Positions 18,827 through 28,546 of a stretch of 63,569 nt of DNA are shown here, in pieces. Positions within the stretch are counted from its first letter, which is position 1. The number at the start of each line of letters is the position of its first letter. Origin of the DNA: Candidatus Micrarchaeia archaeon (GTDB taxonomy: Archaea; Micrarchaeota; Micrarchaeia; Burarchaeales; JAVZCV01); NCBI GenBank assembly GCA_038874215.1, contig JAVZCV010000001.1, positions 98,427 to 161,995 on the forward strand. Reading direction: 5' to 3'. The notes beneath the pieces are model-generated. The model saw only the letters and a program-made list of their open reading frames with translations. It ran no database searches and was not told the origin of the DNA. The position numbers were made by a program, and so were the translations under genes.

Positions 18827-19303
18827 TCAAAGTCTTCGTCTTTGTGAGGAGGGAGACTTTTCTTCGGCTTTCCGAGAGCGATTATGCAAAGAATTTTCTG
18901 GCATATTTAGGATATCCTTGACTATTTTCTCGGGGTCTGCTCCGTCATCTCTTTCGCCCTCTCTAACCTGAACCCAACAGCTGCCGATTCCTTCCTCCTC
19001 TGCCTGCAACATTATGTGCGTTGCGGCGATGCTGCAGTCTTCAATCCACCTTTTTCCTCGCTTCATGTCGGCGCAGACCGCTATGCAGGCGGGTGCATGC
19101 TCAATGAATGAGGACCACTTCGTAACACGGGAAAGTTTTCTTCTCGTGTCTTCGTTCTTCACAACAATAAGATGAACGGGCCTCCTGTTCGCCGAAGAAG
19201 GCGCATATACCGCAGCACGGATAATATCGTTCAGCTTTTCGTCTTCAATTGTTTCGTTCTTGTAGTTTCTTATGCTCCTGCGCTTTCGCATCGCCTCCAG
19301 CAT
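18827..19303 (-). CDS. nitroreductase family protein (3' end apparently frameshifted)
   Basis: N-terminus RKRRSIRNYK...APSSANRRP fits the family. The expected C-terminus ILCIIALGKPKKSLPPHKDEDFDWGVIHEEKF is in the +1 frame after an A4 run (plus-strand T-run 18894-18897). Confidence 0.75.
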   Translation of the reverse strand: MLEAMRKRRSIRNYKNETIEDEKLNDIIRAAVYAPSSANRRPVHLIVVKNEDTRRKLSRVTKWSSFIEHAPACIAVCADMKRGKRWIEDCSIAATHIMLQAEEEGIGSCWVQVREGERDDGADPEKIVKDILNMPENSLHNRSRKAEEKSPSSQRRRL

Positions 19304-19312
19304 TCCCCCACC

Positions 19313-20686
19313 TCATGTTTTTATATGGCCAGACCTTTTTAGTAGGTTAACCAGTAGGATTGGTGTTATTATAGTCGTGAGCATCACCGCAGTCGCTATC
19401 ACGGAATACTCGGCGTTTGTAAGCAAAGTTCTGCCAGTAGAGGGGTTTACCGTTGTTAAGCCAAATAGTGCAACGATTAGACCTATTTCTCCTCTTGGCA
19501 CCATGCCAAGGCCGAGTAGGCTTGAGTCGCTTAGGGGTAGGCCACTTAAACGCCCCGCAAGCCCGCATCCCAGTATTTTTGTGATGAAGGCTAGAAGAGT
19601 AACGCCAAGAACGGGCAGGATATAGGTGTAGATCTGTGTTATATCTATGAGAACACCGAGTGTGATGAAAAATATGGGGGTGAACAATGCTTCAAGAGGG
19701 AAAATTGACTCAACCACGTCTTTGTGAAGCTTGCTAAGCGTCAAGCCCGCTATGAAAGCGCCAACTATGCTTGAGAGACCTATGAACTCTGCAACATATG
19801 CGTATGTGAAAACATACAGCATTATCGTGAGGAATCTCTCGTGCGTTATTTTGCGCATGCGAGAGAAATAGCTCTCGTATAAGAATTCACCAAGGGTTAT
19901 TCCGCCGATGACAAAGATGGCAGCCAATGCAAATTTGCTCAGGATATCGCCTATTGAAACAGCACCTTTTGCAACCTGCATTGAGAACGAGAGGACGAGA
20001 AGACCGAGAACGTCATCTATGACTGCTGCGCCGATTAGTATGCGCGCGAACCTCTTCTCAAGCAGTTTTAATTCGTCAAGAATTGCTACGGTTATCCCAA
20101 CGCTCGTCGCTGTAAGCGCTGTTCCAAGAAGCAATGCGCTCTCGCCAGAGGTGTAGAGCCCGAGCAAACCCGATACGCCAACATAGTAGCCGAGGATGAA
20201 TGGGAAGACAACGCCCGCTATTGCAACAAGCGCATTTTCAAAAGAGAATATGTCCCTCACATCGTTATGGAGGCCGATTTTGAATAGGAGTATTATCGCA
20301 CCCAGCTGGGCGAAAATTTTAACGACTTCCAATTCGGGGAGGAATATGGTAGGAAGGCCGAGGAGGTGGGTTGTTGAAGGACTTATCAACATCCCGATGA
20401 GCAACTGGAGTATTACAACGGGCTGTTTGAGATACACGATCAGCGTGTTCGCTATTGTTGCTGAGAAAAGCAGTGTTATTATTTCAAACCATGCATCCTT
20501 CTCATGCCCGAATATCTCGCGCCTAAAAACGGATATTATGAGCACAATGACGAGGAGCATTAGCAAAATTCCTGAAACCTGCAAAACACGGCTGTGGAGT
20601 TTTGGGATTTCTGAATGCATCTTTGCTATGGCTTTTGCCCATGCTTCTCGGTATTTTTCAGATATGCGGAACAGGAGCGTATCCAT
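19313..20686 (-). CDS. cation:proton antiporter (CPA2/Kef-NapA type)
   Basis: About 12 TM helices with family-like segments (GLSSIVGAFIAGL, GMVPRGEIGLIVA). Start moved to the ATG at 20686 because the upstream 47 codons run through the AT-rich divergent promoter region. Confidence 0.8.
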   Translation of the reverse strand: MDTLLFRISEKYREAWAKAIAKMHSEIPKLHSRVLQVSGILLMLLVIVLIISVFRREIFGHEKDAWFEIITLLFSATIANTLIVYLKQPVVILQLLIGMLISPSTTHLLGLPTIFLPELEVVKIFAQLGAIILLFKIGLHNDVRDIFSFENALVAIAGVVFPFILGYYVGVSGLLGLYTSGESALLLGTALTATSVGITVAILDELKLLEKRFARILIGAAVIDDVLGLLVLSFSMQVAKGAVSIGDILSKFALAAIFVIGGITLGEFLYESYFSRMRKITHERFLTIMLYVFTYAYVAEFIGLSSIVGAFIAGLTLSKLHKDVVESIFPLEALFTPIFFITLGVLIDITQIYTYILPVLGVTLLAFITKILGCGLAGRLSGLPLSDSSLLGLGMVPRGEIGLIVALFGLTTVNPSTGRTLLTNAEYSVIATAVMLTTIITPILLVNLLKRSGHIKT

Positions 20687-20716
20687 AAATTCCCCTTGAA
20701 CTTTAAGCTTATAGGA

Positions 20717-20739
20717 AATATTTAATAAATTTAAATGCA
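20717..20739. promoter_or_regulatory. divergent promoter region (TATA-like elements) between the antiporter and htpX
   Basis: AAATATTTAATAAATTTAAATGC lies in the 64-nt spacer between two divergent genes. Confidence 0.35.
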
Positions 20740-20750
20740 AGTATAAAGGC

Positions 20751-21707
20751 ATGTTCTCTGGTATTACAAAACTACAGCTAACGATGATTTTTACGACCGT
20801 GCTCGTTTTTGGGGTAGTCGGCGGCATTCTTGCAGTTTTGCTTCTTTATATGGGTGTCAGTGGCTATGCTGGTATCCTTATATGGCTCATTTTCTCGTTG
20901 TTCATGATTGGGCTGCAGTGGTACCTTGGCCCGATAATAATAGTTTGGGTGACAGGAGCGAAGGAGCTTGGTGAAAACCAGTTGCCATGGCTGCATAGAA
21001 TGGTGGAAGATTTGAGCAAAGAGGCGAATATACCAAAGCCAAAACTCTACGTTGTTGAGGACAGCAGTCCGAATGCATTTGCATTTGGAAGGACTCAGGG
21101 CTCGTCGGCTATCGCAGTTCACACGGGACTTTTGAGGATGCTGGATGAAGATGAGGTTAGAGCAGTCGTAGCGCACGAAATAGGGCATATAAAGCACAGG
21201 GACGTTCTCGTCATGACCGTGGCGAGCGTTCTTCCCGTTCTGCTTTATTATATGGTTATAATATTCGGTGGAAGCAGGGATAGGGAGCGCAGCGCTGGTT
21301 CGTATATCTTGGTTTTCTTAGGGGCCATTATTGCACAGTTTTTGGGCCAGTTGCTCGTTATGTGGCTTTCGCGAGTCAGAGAGTATTATGCTGATGCGTT
21401 CAGTGCATATGCCACAAAACAGCCAGTATCTCTCATGAGGGCTCTTGCAAAGATAACATACCGACATGCGCTTTCGCCTTCGTCTTCCTCATCACCAGTT
21501 AATGCTTTTTACATAGCGGATCCTTCATCTGGCTCAGCACACATAGCCGCAATGGCAAGGGCTCTTGAACTCGGCAATGATGAGCTTCTTAGCGAAGCGA
21601 TAGAGAAAGAGAAGAAGATGGGTGCGATTGAGCTCTTTAGCACTCACCCGCTTACGGCGAACAGGCTTGAAGCGTTGATGAAAATAAAGAAGGAGATCGG
21701 GGCGTAA
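20751..21707 (+). CDS. htpX: zinc metalloprotease HtpX (M48)
   Basis: HEIGHIKHRD (HExxH), N-terminal TM helices, C-terminal STHPLTANRLEAL. Confidence 0.9.
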   Translation: MFSGITKLQLTMIFTTVLVFGVVGGILAVLLLYMGVSGYAGILIWLIFSLFMIGLQWYLGPIIIVWVTGAKELGENQLPWLHRMVEDLSKEANIPKPKLYVVEDSSPNAFAFGRTQGSSAIAVHTGLLRMLDEDEVRAVVAHEIGHIKHRDVLVMTVASVLPVLLYYMVIIFGGSRDRERSAGSYILVFLGAIIAQFLGQLLVMWLSRVREYYADAFSAYATKQPVSLMRALAKITYRHALSPSSSSSPVNAFYIADPSSGSAHIAAMARALELGNDELLSEAIEKEKKMGAIELFSTHPLTANRLEALMKIKKEIGA

Positions 21708-21724
21708 GGTTTAGAAGCCAGTCA

Positions 21725-22018
21725 TTATTCAGGTGTTTCCTTTTTCTTTTCATCTGTTTCTTCCTTAACTCCCAAACTTCTGTTTATCCTGTTTGCCGTT
21801 TGCGTTAAAGATTGCGAGACGAGGGCGAGCATAAGCCCGTATGTCTCGGGCATGCTTCTCACGTTGCTGAGGCATGCGTTTGCAAATTTCAGAGGCTTTT
21901 CTCCACCACCACCTATAACAAGGGAGTAGGAGATAAGTATGGGGTTGTTGGGGCAGTTCTTCGCTATGAATGCCTCAAGCTCTTTCCTAAATCTTTCCCC
22001 ATCTATCTCATCATACAT
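21725..22018 (-). CDS. hypothetical small protein
   Basis: ORF 21725-22045. Start set to the ATG at 22018 (MYDEIDGERF...) to avoid a 23-nt overlap with the alaS 3' end. Confidence 0.45.
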   Translation of the reverse strand: MYDEIDGERFRKELEAFIAKNCPNNPILISYSLVIGGGGEKPLKFANACLSNVRSMPETYGLMLALVSQSLTQTANRINRSLGVKEETDEKKKETPE

Positions 22019-22022
22019 AACA

Positions 22023-24722
22023 TCACCCGTTTGTAAGTTCTTCAAAGGCTTTTTCTATTCCTTGCGTTTTTTCAAATTTTCCTCGCGCAAATTTTTTGTT
22101 TCCTCCTCCTTTCCCGCCGAATTTTTTAAGAAGTGCGCTTGCAATCTCGTTCGCCTTCATTGGGTGTTTCTCTCCCGCCCCTATAACGAATTCGTTGCGC
22201 TTATTCACGAAGAGCACGCGTGCATTCTCGTTTTTTTCTGCGTACGCGAGACATATCTGCTGCATAATTTCAATATCGTAATCAATCGCTGTTCTCGCAA
22301 CATTTCCGCCTTTTTTTTCAAGCTCTCTCACTTCTGCCAACGCAATGAGCTTCGTCATCTCCTCTATTTTCTTATCCTTCTCTTTCCATTCCCTGAAAAA
22401 GCGTGCAGTCGCATCGGGAAGTTGCTCGGGGGAAACGCTCAGGTTTGAGCTCGCCCTTGCGAGTAGTTTTTCCCTCTGCTGGATGAATTCAACAGCCTTA
22501 TCTCCTGCGCAGAATTCAAGCCTAACAACCCCATCTTGTATTCTTTCGTCCCGTATTATTTTGAACATCCCGATTTTTGCGGTGCTTGAAACATAGAGGC
22601 CGCCACACGCCTCAACGTCTATTTCTCCTTCCTTCCCTATTTTCGTCACTCTAACTTTCTTGCCAGGTGAGCCACCACCCTGATAAAGCCTGAACCCGTA
22701 TTTTCTCTCGGCCTCGCCGCGTTCAAGCCATTCTGATGAGATGGGGTGGTCCTCAAGAATTAGTTCGTTAACTCTTCTCTCTATCGCAGAGACCTGTTCA
22801 TCTGATAGCTTTTCGTAGTGCGTTATGTCTAGGTGAGCTTTTTCAACAGTTTTTTTTGCGCCCGCCTGCCATACATGTTTCCCAAGCATATTTCTGCAAA
22901 CGGCGTTCAAAAGATGCGTTGCTGCATGGTGCCTCATGAGCGCCATTCTGCGATTTATGTCCACGTGGCAATGTACAAAATCGCCTTTTTTCAAATCTCC
23001 AATTTTTTCCAACTTGTGGAATATAACTCCGCCGACCTTCTGCACATCCAATACTCTTATGCGCTTTCCGTTATGCTCAACGAAGCCCGTATCGTTGTCC
23101 TGCCCTCCGCCCGTAGGGTAGAAAACAGTTTTATCCAGAACTATCGCATCGTTCTGCACATCAATAATTTTGGCATCGCATTCAGTCAGATAATCGTAGT
23201 AGAGCAGCTTTGTTTCGCTCAGATCTGCGACTTCATAGCCCCCCTCTGCTTTTTCCTCGGCGAAAACATGCTTCTGCGTCAGCCTATTGTAGAAATCGTA
23301 AGGCAGTTCAACTTCCATGTTTTTCTCGCGCGCAACCTCTGAGACGAGCTCTGGGGTTATGCCATGCGATTCGTAAAGGAGGACCATCTCGTCTTCCTCT
23401 ATTCTTTTCTTCTTCGCCAGTCTCTCGCTAACTATTCTCCGTGATTTTTCAAGCGTATTGGCGTATCTCTTCTCCTCAACTTCTATTATCTCGCTTATCT
23501 CTGCTAGATTTTCGTATATTTCTGGAAAGAGTGGTTTCAGATAATCGGCGTGCATGTGTATTACATCGTTCAATGAGAAACTGAGCCCGTAATCCCGTAT
23601 AAACCCGAGCGCTCTTCTGAGTATGACACGCAGGTTATACCCGCCGCCCACATTGCTGGGGAGACCTCCGTCCGCTATTGCGAATGCGAGCGCACGTGAG
23701 TGGTCTGCTATCGCATATATCGCCTCCACTGGTGCTATCTTCTTCTCAAGTTCACTAACGCTTAGCCTGAGCTTCTGCGCTATCAGTTCACGTGCCATCT
23801 TTGGGTTCTTCGTTTCAGAAAGGTCAAGCGAACCACATACTCTTGCATACTCGTTGAAAACATGCCTATCGTATTCAACTCCGCTTGTTTTAATCAGCTT
23901 TTCAACAACGGGACCGAAAGCGCAGTCATAAGCTGTTGGCGTGCCCGCAGCATACCATACTATCCTTTCAAAGCCCCAACCAACATCAATAACCTTGCTT
24001 TCAAGCTCCTCAATCCTATCGCCAACCTTCCTGAACTCTGTGAAAACAGAATTTACTATTTCAAGCCCTTTTGAGAAAGTCTCAAGACATGGGCCGAACG
24101 AACTCAGGTCGGGCATAGCCCATATATCCTCAACATACGTTAGCTCGTCTTCCCCTATTCCAAGCACTTTCGTCAGGTATTCAAAGTTGAGCTCTATGCA
24201 CCTGTCCTTCCAATAGCCATCTGCGGGATAGTTGAAGGAATGCTGCCCTGCCATTATGAAACATGAGAAATGCCTTCCCGTTACCCCCACATTCGGTATA
24301 TCGTTGAACCTGAGGCACATCTGTGGAACAACGAGAGGGTTGGCAGGATATTCAAACACAACCGCACCCTGCTCAAGTCTCATGAAGTCAACTATTGATG
24401 CAATTGTGAAGTAGAGATCGTCCCTCCACCTGCATATGACGGGATAGCGCGGTATTGACTCATGCCCATGCCCAACGAAAAACTTCTCAAAGCCGCGCCA
24501 AACTTCTATGTAGTCTGCATCTCTTTTGCCAAAAAATGAATAGGGCTCGCATGAGGAGTCGCCGCATGTCTCCTTCCCTAAGCTCCAGAAATTCCTTCCG
24601 CACTTTGGGCATTTTTTCCTCTCAAAGCCCTTCTCCCTGAAAAACTCAAGCGCGTAGTGCTTTTCGTATTCCTCTGAGAATTTCTTTTTGAGCTCCTGCT
24701 TCGTCGTCGGGATTTTAGTCAT
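22023..24722 (-). CDS. alaS: alanine--tRNA ligase (archaeal type)
   Basis: 899 aa with HHAATHLLN and ACGGLYV motifs of the second/editing domain; N-terminal class II catalytic core pattern. Confidence 0.95.
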   Translation of the reverse strand: MTKIPTTKQELKKKFSEEYEKHYALEFFREKGFERKKCPKCGRNFWSLGKETCGDSSCEPYSFFGKRDADYIEVWRGFEKFFVGHGHESIPRYPVICRWRDDLYFTIASIVDFMRLEQGAVVFEYPANPLVVPQMCLRFNDIPNVGVTGRHFSCFIMAGQHSFNYPADGYWKDRCIELNFEYLTKVLGIGEDELTYVEDIWAMPDLSSFGPCLETFSKGLEIVNSVFTEFRKVGDRIEELESKVIDVGWGFERIVWYAAGTPTAYDCAFGPVVEKLIKTSGVEYDRHVFNEYARVCGSLDLSETKNPKMARELIAQKLRLSVSELEKKIAPVEAIYAIADHSRALAFAIADGGLPSNVGGGYNLRVILRRALGFIRDYGLSFSLNDVIHMHADYLKPLFPEIYENLAEISEIIEVEEKRYANTLEKSRRIVSERLAKKKRIEEDEMVLLYESHGITPELVSEVAREKNMEVELPYDFYNRLTQKHVFAEEKAEGGYEVADLSETKLLYYDYLTECDAKIIDVQNDAIVLDKTVFYPTGGGQDNDTGFVEHNGKRIRVLDVQKVGGVIFHKLEKIGDLKKGDFVHCHVDINRRMALMRHHAATHLLNAVCRNMLGKHVWQAGAKKTVEKAHLDITHYEKLSDEQVSAIERRVNELILEDHPISSEWLERGEAERKYGFRLYQGGGSPGKKVRVTKIGKEGEIDVEACGGLYVSSTAKIGMFKIIRDERIQDGVVRLEFCAGDKAVEFIQQREKLLARASSNLSVSPEQLPDATARFFREWKEKDKKIEEMTKLIALAEVRELEKKGGNVARTAIDYDIEIMQQICLAYAEKNENARVLFVNKRNEFVIGAGEKHPMKANEIASALLKKFGGKGGGNKKFARGKFEKTQGIEKAFEELTNG

Positions 24723-24787
24723 GCTATCAAATCTCCAGATAATTTATAATTCCTTACGTAGAAATACGATGGAAGCGAGGGAATAGC

Positions 24788-27496
24788 TTGGATTGGCATT
24801 CTTTAAATGAGAAAACGGTATTGAAGAAACTTGAAACGAGAGATGAGGGTCTCACGCCCGAGAAGGCACGAGAGAGGCTATCCGTATACGGTTATAATGA
24901 GCTTGTTGAGAAGAAGAAAAAAAGCGCACTGGATATGTTTTTATCACAGTTCAAGAATATTCTAATAATAATATTGATAATTGCGGCTGCGATATCTGCG
25001 TTTCTTCTTAACGAATATATAGATGCTGCTGCGATATTCGCAATCGTAATTCTAAACGCAATACTCGGGTTCAGGCAGGAGTATCAGGCAGAGAAGGCTC
25101 TTGAGGCTTTAAAGAAGCTCGCCGCACCAAAAGCCCGTGTCCTTCGCGATGGGGAGATTGAGTATATTCCAGCGCGCGAGCTCGTGCCGGGGGATATCGT
25201 GCTATTTGAGGCTGGGGACAAAGTGCCAGCGGACATTAGGATTCTTGAAGCAGTGAATGTGCGTGTTGATGAGTCTCTTCTCACTGGAGAATCAACGCCC
25301 GTTGAGAAGGAGGCATGCACCATGGGGAAACACAAGGTAGTGATAGGGGACATGAAGAATATGCTTTTCATGGGAACAGTGGTCACCTACGGGAGAGGCA
25401 GGGGTGTCGTTGTTGCAACGGGTATGAGAACCGAAGTCGGCAAGATAGCTGAGAAGATGCAGGAGGTTGAAGAAGAGGAGACGCCTTTGCAGAAAATGAT
25501 AGACGAGATGGGAAAGCAAATTGGCACGGGCATACTCTTGATATGCGCACTCATTTTCGTTATTGGTGTTTTGAGAAAAAGCGCGGATGTTGATGCGATA
25601 AGATGGTATGTGGACATGTTTCTCGTTGCAGTCAGCCTTGCTGTCGCTGCCATACCAGAAGGCCTGCCCGCAATAGTAACGATAAGCCTTGCAATAGGCT
25701 TGCAGAGAATGGCACAGAGAAATGCGATTGTAAGAAAACTGCCAGCAGTTGAAACGCTCGGCTCAACGATGGTTATATGCTCTGACAAAACTGGCACATT
25801 GACGAGGAATGAGATGCTCGTGCGGGCTATTTACGTTGGCAGAGATGTGGAAGTAACGGGCACGGGATACGAAACAAAAGGGGATTTCTATGAGAATGGA
25901 AAAAGAATTGAGCCAAAAAGTGATGAGCGCCTGATGCTTATTCTTAAAGGAATGGCGTTGTGCAACAATGCTAAGTTGAGTGATAAGGAAGAGGGCAAAG
26001 TTGTGGGAGACCCGACAGAAGCCGCCCTTCTCGTCGCTGCTGCAAAGGCTTTTTCAATAAGAGAAATTGAAGAGAGTATGCCGAGAGTAAAGGAGATTCC
26101 TTTTGATTCGGATAGAAAGCGAATGGGTACTGTGCATAAAACGGATAAAGGGTATGTGCTTTTTGTTAAGGGTGCGCCAGAGATAGTGATTTCGCTATGC
26201 GATAGGGATTATAGTGGTGGGGAACTTGGCGATAAAGAACGGAAGAGGATAATCAAAAAGAACGAGGAACTTGCTCAAAAAGGAATGCGTGTTCTTGCAA
26301 TCGCATACCGAGAATTGGGGGAGGGTGAGCAGAAGGAGGCAAAAGAGGAAAACCTAGTATTCTTGGGGCTTGTGGGGATGATGGACCAGCCGAGGGATGA
26401 GGCGAAGGAGGCGGTTAGAATATGCAAAGAGGCGGGAATACGAGTCATAATGATAACTGGGGACCATAAAATAACTGCTCTCGCAGTTGCGAAAGAGCTT
26501 GGAATAACTGCGGAGGGGGCAAAGGCATTAACAGGAGAGGAACTAAATAGGATGAGTGATGAGGAGCTTTTTAGAGTCATAGATGAGGTAGATGTGTATG
26601 CTCGTGTTTCCCCAGAACATAAGCTGAGGATAGTGAATGCGCTTAAGCGGGCGGGCTATATAGTTGCGATGACGGGGGATGGAGTTAACGATGCGCCAGC
26701 CCTGAGAAGAGCGGATATAGGGATAGCGATGGGCATAACAGGGACTGATGTCTCAAAGGAGGCATCTGACATGATACTTCTTGATGATAATTTCGCAACG
26801 ATACAGAGGGCGGTTGAGGAAGGCAGGGTAATATACAACAATATCAGGAAGTCTGTTTATTACCTTCTCTCCTGCAATGCTGGGGAAGTCATGACGATTT
26901 TTATTGCGACACTTATAAACCCAGTTCTCGTTCCGCTTCTACCGATACAGCTTCTTTGGATGAACCTTGTGACCGACGGTTTGCCTGCGCTTGCGCTCGG
27001 TGTTGACCCGCCCGAGCCAGACATAATGAAGAAAAAGCCGCGCGATCCTAAGGAGAAAATAATAACGAAGGAGGCGCTTTTGGGATTCATTCTCGTGGGA
27101 TTCATTATTATGCTTGGTACCCTGGGCCTTTTTGTTGCTGAGATATACATGGCTTACGGAACCGATGCGGTTCTCGGGAAAGTGCCATTAACTGATGAGA
27201 TGCTTGCACGGCCGAGAACCGTTGCCTTCACTGCTATGGTCCTATTTCAGATGTTCTTGGCTTTTGCAAGCCGATCTTTCAGCCCGCTTTATAAGGTTGG
27301 GATTTTCACAAACAAAAAGCTCGTAGGCGCTGTTTTACTTTCTGTAGCGTTGCAAATCGTTGTAGTGTATTGGGGGGTTGCACAGCCAATATTCAACACC
27401 GTCCCACTTTCTCTCGTAGACTGGGCTCTGATAGTGGGTGTTGCGAGCAGCATATTTTTTGTTGTAGAGGGAGCAAAGATTATGAGAAAACAGTAG
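24788..27496 (+). CDS. P-type cation-transporting ATPase (type IIA, Ca2+-like)
   Basis: TGES, CSDKTGTLT, MTGDGVNDAPAL and 10 TM segments. TTG start. Confidence 0.95.
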   Translation: MDWHSLNEKTVLKKLETRDEGLTPEKARERLSVYGYNELVEKKKKSALDMFLSQFKNILIIILIIAAAISAFLLNEYIDAAAIFAIVILNAILGFRQEYQAEKALEALKKLAAPKARVLRDGEIEYIPARELVPGDIVLFEAGDKVPADIRILEAVNVRVDESLLTGESTPVEKEACTMGKHKVVIGDMKNMLFMGTVVTYGRGRGVVVATGMRTEVGKIAEKMQEVEEEETPLQKMIDEMGKQIGTGILLICALIFVIGVLRKSADVDAIRWYVDMFLVAVSLAVAAIPEGLPAIVTISLAIGLQRMAQRNAIVRKLPAVETLGSTMVICSDKTGTLTRNEMLVRAIYVGRDVEVTGTGYETKGDFYENGKRIEPKSDERLMLILKGMALCNNAKLSDKEEGKVVGDPTEAALLVAAAKAFSIREIEESMPRVKEIPFDSDRKRMGTVHKTDKGYVLFVKGAPEIVISLCDRDYSGGELGDKERKRIIKKNEELAQKGMRVLAIAYRELGEGEQKEAKEENLVFLGLVGMMDQPRDEAKEAVRICKEAGIRVIMITGDHKITALAVAKELGITAEGAKALTGEELNRMSDEELFRVIDEVDVYARVSPEHKLRIVNALKRAGYIVAMTGDGVNDAPALRRADIGIAMGITGTDVSKEASDMILLDDNFATIQRAVEEGRVIYNNIRKSVYYLLSCNAGEVMTIFIATLINPVLVPLLPIQLLWMNLVTDGLPALALGVDPPEPDIMKKKPRDPKEKIITKEALLGFILVGFIIMLGTLGLFVAEIYMAYGTDAVLGKVPLTDEMLARPRTVAFTAMVLFQMFLAFASRSFSPLYKVGIFTNKKLVGAVLLSVALQIVVVYWGVAQPIFNTVPLSLVDWALIVGVASSIFFVVEGAKIMRKQ

Positions 27497-27526
27497 AGGG
27501 GAGCATTCTGTGGATTTTATGGGGAG

Positions 27527-27536
27527 TATTTAAATA
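27527..27536 (+). promoter_or_regulatory. TATA-box candidate
   Basis: TATTTAAATA about 36-45 nt upstream of the start codon at 27572. Confidence 0.35.
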
Positions 27537-27571
27537 CCGATAATTCAATTTTAGGTGAGAGAGGTGATTTA

Positions 27572-27799
27572 GTGGCTCGGGCAAAAAAAACAGAAAAGGT
27601 AGGTAAGATAACAAAGGATATGATGATAGCCGATGTAATAAAGGCGTATCCGCAAACTTTTGAGGTTTTCGTGAAGCATGGGCTTGGGTGCCTATTCTGC
27701 CACGGCGCTGCTTTTGAAACTGTTGAGCAGGGTGCTCTTGCGCATGGAATAGACCTAGAAATCCTTCTTAAAGAGCTAAATGCGGCTACATCAAAGTAG
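27572..27799 (+). CDS. DUF1858 / hybrid-cluster-protein-associated redox disulfide-like small protein
   Basis: 75 aa; MIADVIKAYPQTFEVFVKHGLGCLFCHGA...ETVEQGALAHGID matches the CxxC-containing DUF1858 pattern as recalled. Confidence 0.6.
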   Translation: MARAKKTEKVGKITKDMMIADVIKAYPQTFEVFVKHGLGCLFCHGAAFETVEQGALAHGIDLEILLKELNAATSK

Positions 27800-27802
27800 G
27801 AG

Positions 27803-27915
27803 TAGCCCCGAGAGGATTTCCGCTCAAAAGCCAGTATCGGTTTATTTTTTTGGAATTTCGAACCTCTGTGACTGGGTCCAGAGCCCAGTATCCTTGACCG
27901 CTAGATGACGGGGCT
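27803..27915 (-). tRNA. tRNA-Gln(CUG) with a 40-nt intron in the T-loop
   Basis: Minus strand: acceptor AGCCCCG/CGGGGCT+A, D-arm ATCT-AGCGGTCAA-GGAT, anticodon stem CTGGG/CCCAG with loop CT-CTG-GA, T-stem AGAGG/CCTCT. The T-loop TTCGAA|T is interrupted by plus-strand 27817-27856. Confidence 0.85.
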
Positions 27916-27941
27916 ACTAATTAGAAAGATTGTCGGCAAAT

Positions 27942-27950
27942 TATTTAAAT
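27942..27950 (-). promoter_or_regulatory. TATA-box candidate for tRNA-Gln
   Basis: ATTTAAATA (minus strand) centred about 31 nt upstream of the tRNA 5' end. Confidence 0.45.
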
Positions 27951-27983
27951 CTCCATTTTTAGCTCCTCGGGAAAGAAATTGCA

Positions 27984-28502
27984 TTACCAAGGAACCTTCT
28001 TGATGCCGATTTTGTTTGCGAATATGTTTGTCAGAACATGGAGGATGTAAGTGAGCAGGAGCAGGAATACGATGCTTGCCCACGAAAGCGGAATGAAAGG
28101 GTAGAGCAAGATTATAGAAAAAAAGATGAAAGTAAGTTGATCAAGAATAGGCACGGGAGCACCTCTCTTGTAGTTCATCCTCCTTTTAATGAAACTTCCG
28201 ATAACATCGCCACAAACGGCACCCAGAGATAGCACACACCCACTCCATAGAAATATGCCGCCTAGAAATACTTGCTCCAATATCGCAGTGAGAATGCCAG
28301 CAGACAAGCCAAAAGCAAAACCGCGCCATGTTTTCCCATCTCCTAAAATTCTGTTCCCATCAAAAAAATTCCTGCCGAAATCCATGGGCATGCCGCCGCC
28401 GAATATTGTGGGCGTGGAGTTTGCAACGTATGCAGGCAGAACAAGTAGAATAAGCCAAACAACATCTATTGACAAGATATCATGCAGCAAATTTTCTAGC
28501 AT
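27984..28502 (-). CDS. carS: CDP-archaeol synthase
   Basis: LPAYVANSTPTIFGGGMPMDFG...GDGKTWRG matches the CarS (DUF46) signature; 5 TM helices. A GTG at 28514 is an alternative start. Confidence 0.75.
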   Translation of the reverse strand: MLENLLHDILSIDVVWLILLVLPAYVANSTPTIFGGGMPMDFGRNFFDGNRILGDGKTWRGFAFGLSAGILTAILEQVFLGGIFLWSGCVLSLGAVCGDVIGSFIKRRMNYKRGAPVPILDQLTFIFFSIILLYPFIPLSWASIVFLLLLTYILHVLTNIFANKIGIKKVPW

Positions 28503-28546
28503 GCAACCACGCACACATTTTTAAGCATTATAGGAGAGATAGGCTC

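Noticed and set aside
18890-18900. Possibility that the nitroreductase frame switch is a programmed ribosomal frameshift.
   Set aside because: There is no recognisable slippery heptamer or downstream structure. A single-base change in an A4/T4 run is more simply explained by a sequencing indel or a mutation.
27803-28000. tRNA genes as integration hot spots: integrase, transposase or direct repeats of the tRNA 3' ends were sought next to tRNA-Gln, tRNA-Leu, tRNA-Ser and tRNA-Ile.
   Set aside because: No integrase- or transposase-like ORF and no duplicated tRNA 3' fragment was seen. Flanking genes are housekeeping (CarS, DUF1858, HEAT protein). The pilin-like operon is not bounded by visible repeats.
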